Below, piece by piece: positions 41,368 through 52,251 of a DNA stretch of 64,000 nt. How positions within the stretch are numbered: position 1 is the first letter of the stretch; each line of letters opens with the position of its first letter. The notes beneath the pieces were generated by a model. The model saw only the letters and a program-made list of their open reading frames with translations. It did not search any database and was not told where the DNA came from. A program made the translations under genes and the position numbers. The stretch comes from an uncultured virus (IMG/VR IMGVR_UViG_3300020049_005154) (Duplodnaviria; Heunggongvirae; Uroviricota; Caudoviricetes): IMG/VR virus record IMGVR_UViG_3300020049_005154; one strand, written 5' to 3'.

Positions 41368-41496
41368 ATGCGCTACAACGAGCATAGTGCCATCGTAATC
41401 CTCATGGCCTTGCGCATGTACAAGGGCGGAGATCTGACGATGGCCGAGTGCAAGAGGTATGCACTTCAATTCGTGAACAGGAGGAGTGCATTATGA
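41368..41496 (+). CDS. Small 42-aa protein (MRYNEHSAIVILMALRMYKGG...)
   Basis: SD AAAAGGAG; followed by hairpins and a terminator. Confidence 0.55.
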   Translation: MRYNEHSAIVILMALRMYKGGDLTMAECKRYALQFVNRRSAL

Positions 41497-41552
41497 GCCC
41501 CGGAAGGGGCTTACGCCACCACACACCAAAGTGATGCTGACGACGACGGCAC

Positions 41553-41595
41553 AGCCCCTACGCGCTAGTTCAGGCGTAGGGGCTTTCTGTATTTT
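41553..41595 (+). terminator. Terminator-like hairpin with GCTAGTTCAG loop
   Basis: AGCCCCTACGC/GCGTAGGGGCT followed by TTCTGTATTTT. Confidence 0.65.
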
Positions 41596-41720
41596 GAGGG
41601 GTCGCGCCAATAGCTTACCCGAGACCGAAAGGTCGGTGGAAGCTGAAACAACTAAACGAGGCAGTGGTGCCGTCCGATCTGTGACGACAGACAACCGGTA
41701 GTACCCTCGGGCCCCTCAAA
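41593..41720 (+). ncRNA. Putative multi-stem structured RNA
   Basis: Closing stem 41593-603/41710-20; inner stems GCGCCA/TGGTGC, AGCTT/AAGCT, GACC-GAAA-GGTC and TCTGT/ACAGA. Confidence 0.5.
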
Positions 41721-41940
41721 CTCAACCCCAGAGAGGTGAGCCATGGACCAGAATCAAACGGAATTGGAGGAAACGGCTGAGGAGAAGGGGTATCTCCCCC
41801 TTGAAGGTTTCAACGCTGAATAATCTAACGGGCGGGAGCGCTAGTTTAGGTTCCCGCTTGTTCTAGTGCTCCCTTATAGGGGTTGCTAGAACGGGACACG
41901 TTTTCCCCGTTAAGTCCAAGGATAAAGAAAGGAGTCCCCG

Positions 41941-42756
41941 ATGGGACATTATTTGCACGTTAACCTTTCTTCGCATTTCCCCTCAAGTCCTTACGAAAGA
42001 CAATTCATTCGCAACGTGATTAGCAATTCACGCTCGGAAGAGAACAAGCGCGCCGATAGGTTATTCGGCCTTGCTTGTTCTTACTTGTCGATTGATGGGG
42101 AATTGATGGGACTCTCCCTTATTCGGGGCGGAATTAGCGCCCTGATTGGGGGAGTTGTCGTTAATAGGACAGTCACTAGCGCGAAAGGGGGAATTTGCTT
42201 TAGGCTTCCCTTGAACGCTAGGATTGGACCTAGCAATGGGGTTTCTACTCCTCTTGACCATTCGCCCCTTTATGGAGCGTGCAAGCCTTCCCCTAGACAT
42301 TCAAAGCGGGAAGAGTTAGCGCGCTTCAATAACCGGGTATGGGCTAGGGGAGTTTTCCCGTTGCCTTACGTTGGACCTGCAAGGCCGATGCCGGACGCTT
42401 ATCGGGGGAACGTGATTGATAGGACTCCCGTCAAGCCTCGCGCATCGGCTAGCCCACTTTCAATGCCGATTAGGTTTCCCGGTTTAACCCTAGCGGGAGG
42501 CACCATCATTGAAGGAGAGGCTTGGATTCAACACAACAAAGGCGTTGACAGACTCCCTTATGTCCCTACTCCCGAGGAACAAGCGGAGTTTGATAAGAGG
42601 GAGTTTCACAAGCCTGAAAAGGCCAATGGACCTAAGTTTGGTCCGGGCGGTAAAGGTTCCCAACATTCAACGTGGTTGTGGCGATGCGAAGAAAAGAAGA
42701 GAGCACACAAAGCGGCTTACCGTGCGAAGCGTAAGATTGCACGCCAAGCCAAGTAA
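41941..42756 (+). CDS. Early hypothetical protein with a basic C-terminus
   Basis: SD AAAGGAG; followed by a terminator. Confidence 0.7.
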   Translation: MGHYLHVNLSSHFPSSPYERQFIRNVISNSRSEENKRADRLFGLACSYLSIDGELMGLSLIRGGISALIGGVVVNRTVTSAKGGICFRLPLNARIGPSNGVSTPLDHSPLYGACKPSPRHSKREELARFNNRVWARGVFPLPYVGPARPMPDAYRGNVIDRTPVKPRASASPLSMPIRFPGLTLAGGTIIEGEAWIQHNKGVDRLPYVPTPEEQAEFDKREFHKPEKANGPKFGPGGKGSQHSTWLWRCEEKKRAHKAAYRAKRKIARQAK

Positions 42757-42759
42757 GCT

Positions 42760-42803
42760 AACCCCAATTGGTCCCTTAACCGGGATTGATTGGGGTTTTT
42801 TTT
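42760..42803 (+). terminator. Intrinsic terminator
   Basis: AACCCCAATTGGTCCC-TTAACC-GGGATTGATTGGGGTT followed by a T8 run. Confidence 0.85.
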
Positions 42804-43235
42804 GTCCTATTTGGAGCCTGGAAATTGGCTTCAATTGAGACTGTTTACAGGTATAGTGCTTGTATTGCTATGCCCTAGAGTAGTCTCAAAACCCTGGAGC
42901 AATCCACAAGGAGAAGAGAAGATGAATTTCGATCAGCGCCGTGCCCTCTCTACGCTCAGGACCGACTTCCCCAAAGGGGTTAATTTCGCCATCCTCCGCA
43001 TGATGCTCAATCCCTCTTACCGGGAGGCTAATACGCATGACCCTAACTTTCAGCACCCTGGAATTGTGGCACTGGCGGAAGTGTGCCTCCCGTATCAGGC
43101 AGTGGAGCACCCCAGCGGCAACTTCACGGTGAAGTTTGAACAGACGGATAGAGTGCTCAGGGAGTGCAAGAAGCATGTCAGAGTCAATAACATTTACGGT
43201 GAGGAGATGTAATATCCTCGCCAAGTAATCAATCT

Positions 43236-43277
43236 TAGCCCCTCATGCTAGTATAGGTGAGGGGCTATTTTTGTTTC
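43236..43277 (+). terminator. Intrinsic terminator with GCTAGTATAG loop
   Basis: TAGCCCCTCAT/GTGAGGGGCTA followed by TTTTTGTTT. Confidence 0.8.
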
Positions 43278-44478
43278 TAGTAGAGAAGTAAAAACCCACA
43301 AGGAGAAGGATCATGCGGGTCAAAACGGTATTTACCGTAGGTAGAAGCCATACTCATTTTGTACTAGATAATGGCGTAGAATACCAAGTGTATTATGTCT
43401 GCCAAAAGGGTGGTGAAGAGCTTAAAGTAGCAAAAATAATGCAAGATTACCCTGGTCTGAGTATCTTGCCAGACATGGACCCAGAAAAGGAGATTATACT
43501 AAATCTTTACCTTGCTCTGCATACGGCAAATACCGGACTAAGTACTCTAGGCTAGGTTTCAACCAATCCACAAGGAGAATGACCGTGAGCAAGAGGGCAA
43601 TCAACCTTTGCGACACCGTTGTTGCTGTCGTCATCCTAGTTTTCTTGCTGCTAGTGCCCGGTAGCATTGTTGTGCTGCACTGTTTCTAATAGAGAAGTAA
43701 AATCCACAAGGAGAAGAGAAGATGAAGACTGAATTCTTCTTGGATGAAATACTGCGCATTGACCCTTGGGGTTATGCTGTATGCTACACCCACCACGAGA
43801 AAACCGGCGTAGAGAACCATATGTGTAGGTTTAATTACATATGCAAGAAGGGGCAGTTCGAGATAGTTAGAGGGATTTGGTGCAATAATAGAAGAGATTT
43901 TCTTTTGTTGTTGTCGTGGTGGACACATTCCGGCTGGCAGTACTACCCTAGCTAACAAGGAGAAAGGCAGTGAAGACGCCAATAGTTAAGCTTCGTTTTC
44001 CTGTTGTATTGGGGCCATTTCGTACCCTTTTCACCGAAGCGACAATACATAAGGGGTACTACGGCCCTGGATGGCATATCCAAATAATGAACTCCACAGA
44101 ATACGGCCCTCGCGGGTATGTAACTAGGTTTGCTTCGCGTATTGAGAAGCCTAACCGTCGCCCTAAGCTGTGGAATGGGCTGGTTCCTGTAGGGTGGGCT
44201 CGCAAACGCGACGCGCTCACTGTACTATTGGCGCTTGGCACTGTAGTTGATTACGTTTGAAACAAAGTTTCAACCCACCCCACAAGGAGAAGGATCATGC
44301 ACGGAATTAGTACTGAAGTAAAGTACGTAGGAGAGGATGATTGGGGCCGCAAGCTATACAGAACAGAACATGGCAATACCCTAGTCGATGTGGATGGAAT
44401 GCTGTATACACGTACACCAGACTATGATGAGCCATGTTCGCCTACTGGTATCAAAACCCCAACAGAGTAAGTTTCAGA

Positions 44479-44700
44479 CAACCATCCTAGCGTTGCTCTC
44501 GCATCCCGCAATGGGATAACGCAACGATCAGTATGCCTAAAAGCCTCTAAGGGTAAGGCTACTAGGATGGTTGCAAATAGGACAAGGAGAAGGGTTCCCG
44601 CCTTACCCTTCGCAATTCCTCTAGCGGCTCTTCTCCTTGTCCTAATCTTCTACACAGTGTTGTAATATGCCCTCTAAATGAGGGTGTATTAGAGCACTGT
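44479..44700 (+). ncRNA. Putative three-domain structured RNA with an 11-nt inter-domain pairing
   Basis: Stems 44479-90/44562-73, 44578-92/44630-44 and 44663-74/44680-91; 44549-59 is complementary to 44600-10. Confidence 0.65.
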
Positions 44701-47700
44701 TGCTCTGCATTCCAACGAGGAGAAGTAAGATGCCAAAGAAGCTACCTGCTGGGTTTAACGCCAAAGACCAGCTAAACAACTTCTCAGCTACAGTAGAGAT
44801 GATGTACGACAACATTAGAAGCATAGAGCAGTTGATTGCTTCTTGCGATAATGAAAGAGCAAAGAAACACAGGTTTCTTACGCGAGAAGAGAAGCTTAAG
44901 TTTATGCGCGAAGCATTTGGTACAGCTATCACAAGAATCAACTCTCGCCCCGAGGAGAAGTAGGATGGATAACCTAACGATCACTCCAGAAGTAGATAGG
45001 CCCAATGAAGCTAGCTTCGATAACCTAGAGCTAGCTTTTGAAGCCATCTTCGCTTTTGAATTTAAACTTGAACCCATTTGCAGTTGTGGTAAACAAGGCT
45101 ATAATTGCCTTGTACATCCTCGCGAGGAGAAGTAAGATGAATGATAGGCTAACGACAATAGAGACCTCTAATCTGAGCTACATTAGAGGGCTGCTGAGAG
45201 CAATTGAGCACGAGAAAGAAGCACTAAAAGAAGAAGAGATTGCGTGTACGCAAGAATGGGAGAAGTACCATCCAAATGACAGACTGAAACTTAGCTGTAT
45301 TAATCTAAGTAAACGCATATCGGATGTAGATAGACGGTGGCATAATCTAAACGAAGCTAGAGAGTATGCGATTAGCTATATGGAAAACCCTGACGGCAGT
45401 AAGATGTTTCAAGACCTTATCGACAAGGAAAATCTCTAACAACCTGCAAGCTAGCCCTTTCCTTAACTGGATAAGGGCCTTCTTGTGCGCTGTTAAATCC
45501 AATGAGGAGTAACTGAGATGACAGAAGTGTTAACCATTCTATGCACGGGTAGGCATGTGCGGCTGTATAAGGACAGCAATAACAACTTGGTGCTATCTAG
45601 GACCAAGAACTATCCCCGCATATTTCATGGGGATGACAATGAGGAAACCAGGGTGCGGGAAGTCTTAGCTGATTTGCTAGCGATTCCCGTACTTGAATGG
45701 GTCTATCCCGAGGAGATTGGGGCACTGACATGTGGAGAAATCTTCCTCTACTTGCCAACTAATGAGATGTTCTGGCATCGTTCGTACGAAGTACAGTGTA
45801 TTTCAGAAGAGCTAGGACTAGGCAATGACGTTGTGCTAGTCAATGCCGACAACTGCTAAAGGAGAAGTAAGATGAACTACAAGCAAATGGTAGAGAAGTA
45901 CAAGAAAGAACTGTATCAAGTGGAGCAAGTTATCTACAATAAGGAGAATAATACTCCTGAGCTAGATAAATGCAATATGGCGTACCATCGCGATTTGTGT
46001 GCGCTCTACCGGGAGAGGTGCAATCTACTGGTGCTTATCTGCGCATTTTCCCACATTAATCTAGATTCAGCAAAGGAGAAGTAAGATGTATCAAGTAACC
46101 GGCGGCGGTAGAAAAGGATGTCTAATCCCTAGGAAGTTTAGGAGCTATGTTAGGGCTGCCGACTTTGCAATAAGTCAAGCTAGGAAGCACAACTATAACG
46201 TACAACTATGGGAGAGGCTGCTTCCTAAGACCATTTTGCATAAGGAAGTATGGTTCGTTACTAGGTCTTGGGAGTGGGATATATGTACAGGACTATTGCT
46301 GTACAGTGCGGTAATAGTAGATGGGGTAGAGAAGCTTAAGAAGTCAAGACAAGAGGCAGCAGATAGGCATAAGGCTCTGCTGAAGACTATTATAAGGAGG
46401 CGGTAACATGGGCAGATACATCCAAGGTCCAAACACAGGTAAGGCTGAGCACATCATCAGGACACACAAGGCAGAGCATCTTAAGTTTCCGCCACCCGAT
46501 TTCAGTCATATCCCTGAAGGTAGGGCATTGATTGTGGTGTGCGAGAATGGCCTGTTTGATGCTGCGGCATACTGCTATGACGAGGTTGAATTCAAGGCTT
46601 TCGTTAGACCCGATGGCAGGTATAAGAGCTATCTGCTAATCGACAAGGCACTAGCAGAACAACTCACAAAGGATCAGTGATATGTCTCCACAAGTTGGCC
46701 AATTGATGATTTACGAATCGCGATTTGGGCGCGACTGCGATGCGCTTGTGCGCGTAAAGTCTGAGCATCCAAAGGAATTTAGCTCCGGTAATTTCTATGT
46801 TGTTGAAAATCTTGGAGAAAATATGGCTACATTCTCAGTAGAAGCATATGAACTTATTGACCCTGTAGAGTATTTAGCTAAGATGGCAGTCATTACGGCC
46901 CGTTGGGCATCATGGAAAGAAATTCTAGAAAAGGATCAGTGATATGTATTCACCTGCTGCCATAATTAATACTCTTCCGCCACCGCCAGTAGTAGTTATC
47001 ATGTATTGGTGTGGATTAATCTACCTAGTGAAAGCGAGTTAACATGGACAACGAGACTGAGTGTGAGAAGTGTAAAGGATCGTATGTGATATTCGTTCAG
47101 CGTGTGGGTAGGCTAAGCTTCGACCCAGAAATATGCCCATGCGCACTCTCACTATCATCGTACCAAATTGCTGAAGAGCTAAAGCAGAGAGGAGATGCGC
47201 TAGAAGCATATCCGGCTTTGCTGAAAGCTTGCGAAGATTTTGTATCAAAGGTAAAGGACTACCAAGACGGTAAAATCAATCTTCGGCTAGACGACTTCTG
47301 CTTTAGAGCTAAAGAAGCTATCCGAAAGGCTAGGAGAGTCAAATGAGAATCATCGTAAGCAAGGTTAAAGGCCCGAAGAAGATTCCTAAGTTGCGTACAT
47401 TCTACGCAATTGTAAATGCGGGTACAGGTGTATGCTTAGACCAAGATGGGTGGACGCTGCACTGGACTCTGAAAGAAGCTAAGGAGCACCTGAAGACTGC
47501 TCGGGATAACTATGCTGCTGAAAAGATGGTCTGTCTATACAACATTTTCCGACTTACCGCAGTCAAGTCCACACTCATCAAGGAGTACCAAGATGAATGA
47601 GCTAGGAGAGTAGCATGTACTTCGATAGGTTCGACATTTGCGAAGCGTATTACCTCTATGCTTGTGAGTGGCATAAAGGTCAATGGTCCGCTGAATACAG

Positions 47701-48415
47701 GATATTTGGCAGGTTGAACAACATGGGCTTCAAGCCTAGTCCTGTACTTAGCAAGAAATCGCTATCAGAGAACGGCAGAAGCATCTTAGCCAACCTAATT
47801 CGTAGGACACGACGCGGTGAAGTAGTAGTGAAAGGCCGTTGAAGTAAGAAGCACACTCTCAGAAAGGATTAGCACAATGGCTAATCAGAACACAACACGG
47901 CTTCGCAAGGCAGAGCAGCAGAGGGCAGGCGCAAGTCGTCGCGGGGACGAAACCCAGGCGAGCGCCCATCAGGGCAGCGTTGACCGCCAGAAGCGGGCAC
48001 GGGGGCTGATGCTGGCCTTCCACAACGGGCTCCCGCATGGCGTGGATCGCTCCAGTGCAGGTAATGAGTTCCGTCGCGACTTTCAGCCACTTAGCTGCAC
48101 CAATCTCCCGAATAGGTGACTAACATGAAGAAGGCACGTAAGCGGTACTCATGGGGCCGTAAGATGCGTAGGGATAACACGTATGTTAAGGGGCGAAAAG
48201 ATATTGGTGCCATTACAGGTCAAGTATGGGCAGAAATTAAGTACGGATTTCCTACTGTCCGCGCAACAAAGCCAGCTAGTAAGTAACACTTTGGGCATCT
48301 AGGTTCCTACCTCTCTCCCGATATTCCGTGCGTATTGAAAGCCTAGAAGCACGGCGGCTACGGTATCCGATAGACTACTTAGATGAAGATATGTTAAGTA
48401 GTCAGCCGTAACTAT

Positions 48416-48487
48416 AGGCGCGTAGCTTAAAAGTAAAGCATACGTCTTATACACGGATAGATGGTGGTGCAACTCCACCCGCGCCTA
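48416..48487 (+). tRNA. tRNA-Ile (anticodon TAT), CCA not encoded
   Basis: Acceptor AGGCGCG/CGCGCCT, D arm GCTT/AAGC, anticodon arm TACGT-CTTATAC-ACGGA, T arm GGTGG-TGCAACT-CCACC. Confidence 0.75.
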
Positions 48488-48511
48488 AATCACTTTAACT
48501 GCTAAGTCTGC

Positions 48512-48590
48512 GCCGGAGTAGCCCAACTGGCAGAATGGCAATGTGCTTAAAACACATGAGTTGCGGGTTCGAGTCCCGCTTCCGGCACCA
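48512..48590 (+). tRNA. tRNA-Leu (anticodon TAA) with a short variable loop, CCA encoded
   Basis: Acceptor GCCGGAG/TTCCGGC+ACCA, anticodon arm ATGTG-CTTAAAA-CACAT, T arm GCGGG-TTCGAGT-CCCGC. Confidence 0.9.
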
Positions 48591-51558
48591 CCCAAACACT
48601 TTAGCAGTAAAGCAGTACCATCCCACCAGTAGGAGCAGTACAATGAGTAGTTACAACGGGCTTAAGGTAATGGAAATAGGGTATGCTAGTGCTAAGACTA
48701 GCATTCTTGCCTTTCAGACGATGGGAAAGAAATGGAGTAATCGGCCTGTAGTATGGGACCGCAACGGCAAGGTAGGAATTGTTAGCCTAGCTCCAGTTAA
48801 GGGGAAGTGAGATGAAGAGCCAACGCCAGCTATACCTAGATTTGATTGATGAAACTGTAGCATACTACTACGATGCAGACCTTAGACCTATTCCTAGGCG
48901 CAGGTCTTTTGATGAGACTAAGAATGAGTGTATGTACAAACATGGTGATAGGCGGTGTGCTGCTTCCAGACTATTGCCGGATGTTGGTTGGGTTGAGGGA
49001 TATAGTTGTGACTCTTCCGGTAATATAAAGCTAGCCGAGAAAGCATTAGCTAGCAGAGGCATTTATACAATAGACGAAAACAAGGTTGGCATAGCGCACC
49101 TCCTTAGACTCATTCAAATAATCCACGATGTGCCTGAAGAGGTAGAAGAGAATATCAGAACAGCTAAATTGCACGCTAACTATCTGTCAGACGAGGTGGC
49201 TGAAGATGCTAGTAAGATTACTTAACGACATTCAAATTCTAGGTATGGGCCACCCTGAAGCATTCGGTACTAAGGGTAAGGCATACCAAGCAACAGAAGC
49301 TAACAACCTTCCGCAAGGAGGATACTTCTTGTGCCTAGAGCCAAGGGGTGATTGGTGCCATGTGGATAAGGAAGATGGGGAAGTAGTTATTCCAGCTAGC
49401 TTTAATCTACATTGTCCAATGTGTAATATGAAGTATACTGAATTCCTGCCTACAATGCGCAACAATAGGGGAATGGGGCCGGGCTGGTGTGAAAGAGTTA
49501 TAGCCTTTGAACAGATACATAGTAAGTGTGGAACTATTGACGATTTTAGGCTAGACTTACCTAGAGGCAGGGGAAAGGCAGCAGAATGACTATTATAATC
49601 CCAACACACTTGCATGTTTCAGGCAGAGATGCTCTACTGTTTGAAGCATACACTGAAGAGATTAAAGGATGGGTGCGGGAAGCAGCAGAGAGTATTGGTA
49701 TCCAGCCTAGTTCTCTAGAGATCGCCTACCGCAAGCGCCCAGGTATGTGCGATGTACTCAGAATAGAAGCAGAATTACCTGAGTGTGTGCTTGTACAGCT
49801 ACAGAGTATCGTTACTGCCCGCAGAGATAGGCAGACTAGGGCAATGGAAGTATTCACCCTAGACAACTCACCGCATGAGGTGGTCGCAGAATGAAAGACA
49901 CAACCATTGAAGAGTTGGAGAGGGAAGGCTATGAGGGCTCAGATGTGTCACTAGACATTGCCCTATTTGAGTACGGCCTTATATGGCTTAATACCAAAGA
50001 GGGTAAGACTATATTCATCTATGCTCTGCCGCATACAAAAGAAGAGCAGGCGCATACCTATTACGATAGGGCAGAGTTTGACACAAATACCGATGTATAT
50101 CATGAATGGAATTGGGCTGAGTGGGATAACCTGTTTATTTATGCAGGTATCACTAAGGCTCAGTACGATAAGTTAGAATTTCACGATAAGGTGTATCTTC
50201 TGCATAGCTTCTACGGTTCTGAGGAAATCTTTGGCAGCACCTATTGGCATGGTGCTAAGATTCCAGACCCAGATAATCCCTATCCAGAGGAGAACGAAGA
50301 TGAATGAGCTACAGGAAGAGCGACAACAATGCTATCGTAAGCCGCCTAAGCGTCAAGATGTATTGAATTTCCTTGAACGACTAAGGGGAGTAGTTGATCT
50401 AGATACAACGTATGAGAATAGCGAAGTAGTGGAGGAGTGCTATACTATGCGCTGGACAGAGCAAACTACTGGCAATAGGGTGAAGCTAACCACCTTCGGA
50501 TGGCTGTACTTGAAGGATCAACTACTCAGAGAGGTAGAATTCTATGCCAATCAATAAGTGGGCAATCGAATTGTGGGTTGAAGCATTGCGATCTGGTGCT
50601 TTCTATAGCATTGAAGAAGTTAAAGCAGAAGCGCAGAGACTAGCCGACAAGGAGAAGGAAGATGTTTGACGAAGCAAGAACAGTGTATGACGGTGATAGG
50701 CGTAAGCGGCAGATTACAAACATGACTATCACAGAGCGTAGACTTGAACGTATCCGTAGAATGGAAGTACGACACGCAATTGGTCAAGCTATCTATGCAG
50801 GACTTAAGAAGTGCTGGCACTATAAGTCTATCACTGAAAGGGTCAAGCCATTCATTAAGGAAGAAGTAGAGAAGGTGCTGAAGCCCGAGATGAATCCTAT
50901 TGTGTATATTCACGGCGACGATATACACGTATGGTGCAATCAGGAAGAAGCTTGCGAGTATGGCAATCCAGTACGCGTACCCTACCGAACCAATTACTCA
51001 CTTAGCCCTGATGCGTCACTTACTTGGCAAGAGTATGTTGATAAGTATAAGTATTCATGGGACTACACAGATCGTATTGCTAGAGAGAAGAAGTTGATGG
51101 AGAACGACAGTAAGCTTAGCCGACTATCGAATGATGTAGGTAACATCCAATCAGACGCTAAGCTTAGAGTAGCCAAGTGGCTAAGTATTAGCCCAGATAA
51201 AGTAGATACTTATGAAATGCAGTGTGATTATCCTCTGCTGTTTGGCGCACCACGCAACCCTAGAAAGTACGGAGCACTATGATGAGTCACATCAAGCTAG
51301 AGTCAGGCAGGTTCGGATGGGATTATTACATCATACAGTGTGACGCTGATGGTAATGAACGATATAAGTATAACGAAAAGACAGGTGTAGATGAGAGAGT
51401 AGATATACTAATTCAAACGGATACAGATTATCCTAGTATTGCATCTATGTTTGGGTGGGATGGAGAGGAGTCAGATATTGCAGAGGCGCAAGAGTATCTA
51501 GATGACAATGATGGAATGATTGTTGAAGACCCAGGATATTTCGACACGGAGAATTAAG

Positions 51559-52071
51559 ATGAACGAAGAACACGACGACACGCAGCAGGAACTTAGTTCC
51601 TCTGATTTGAAGGACTTGCTAAATGATTGGAGGCAGCAGGGGTATGATCGAGGCTATAACATTGCGGGCTATCAAGAGGCACCTGTCTACGGGTATGACG
51701 CTAAAGGCGTACAAGACTGTAACATTGGGCGTGTAGAAGACGAATCAGATGCAGAAGAAGTATTTCTTAAGATGTGTTTCGATGCTGAGCAAAACAACCG
51801 CAGCTTCTCTCCCTTTGAGTTTGTATGTAGGGAAATCAACGACCACCCTTATCGCGATGAAATCTGGGAAGCATACGAGGAAGGTATTGATGAAGGGTTT
51901 CAGGAATACTATCAGCAAAACGTGAAACAGGAAGTGCTAGATAGTATCGAAGAGCATGAGCAGGAAGAGCTAGAAGATGAAGACGATGATGGTCTAGAAG
52001 ATGATGAAGAGATTGAAGATGAAAATTCAGAAGAAGATGATGGGGACATCGAAGGTACAGAAGGAGACTAA
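51559..52071 (+). CDS. Very acidic protein (candidate DNA mimic)
   Basis: D/E-rich throughout, with an almost pure D/E C-terminal tail. Confidence 0.65.
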   Translation: MNEEHDDTQQELSSSDLKDLLNDWRQQGYDRGYNIAGYQEAPVYGYDAKGVQDCNIGRVEDESDAEEVFLKMCFDAEQNNRSFSPFEFVCREINDHPYRDEIWEAYEEGIDEGFQEYYQQNVKQEVLDSIEEHEQEELEDEDDDGLEDDEEIEDENSEEDDGDIEGTEGD

Positions 52072-52251
52072 CATGGACGAGAAGACGGTAACATTCAAGG
52101 TTGCGTACCATAGGCATGATGCTAACTGTAGAGACTTAGTTAGGGTAACTATTAGAGTTAGTGCTGATGCGTATAAGCGCGAATTAGCTATCTGTCAGGC
52201 TATTCTAGACGACATGAGCGTTAGCTACTCATACCATGAGGTAGAAGACGA

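Larger units (their letters stand above)
41199..41832 (+). repeat. 65-bp exact direct repeat (41199-41263 and 41768-41832)
   Basis: AGGAAACGGCTGAGGAGAAG...GAATAATCTAACGGG occurs twice. Confidence 0.95.
41262..42400 (+). repeat. 66-bp direct repeat with 2 mismatches (41262-41327 and 42335-42400)
   Basis: GGGTATGGGCTAGGGGAG...CCGGACGCTT occurs twice; the second copy lies inside CDS 41941-42756. Confidence 0.95.

Noticed and set aside
40457..41368. 303-aa minus-strand ORF
   Set aside because: It is antisense to the better supported gene 40538-41254, which has an SD and biased codons.
41538..41680. Hammerhead ribozyme (CTGACGA followed by a stem)
   Set aside because: The GACGGCAC/GTGCCGTC stem is followed by CGATC, not the required GAAA core.
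41262..42400. DGR template/variable repeat pair
   Set aside because: Only two mismatches (C/G and A/T), which are not adenine-specific, and there is no reverse transcriptase in the window.
42901..46947. CRISPR-like array from recurring repeats
   Set aside because: The repeats are RBS leaders separated by whole genes of variable length; there is no constant spacer length and no cas gene.
48535..48642. N-terminal extension of ORF 48535-48810
   Set aside because: It overlaps tRNA-Leu; the real start is probably ATG 48643 after AGGAG.
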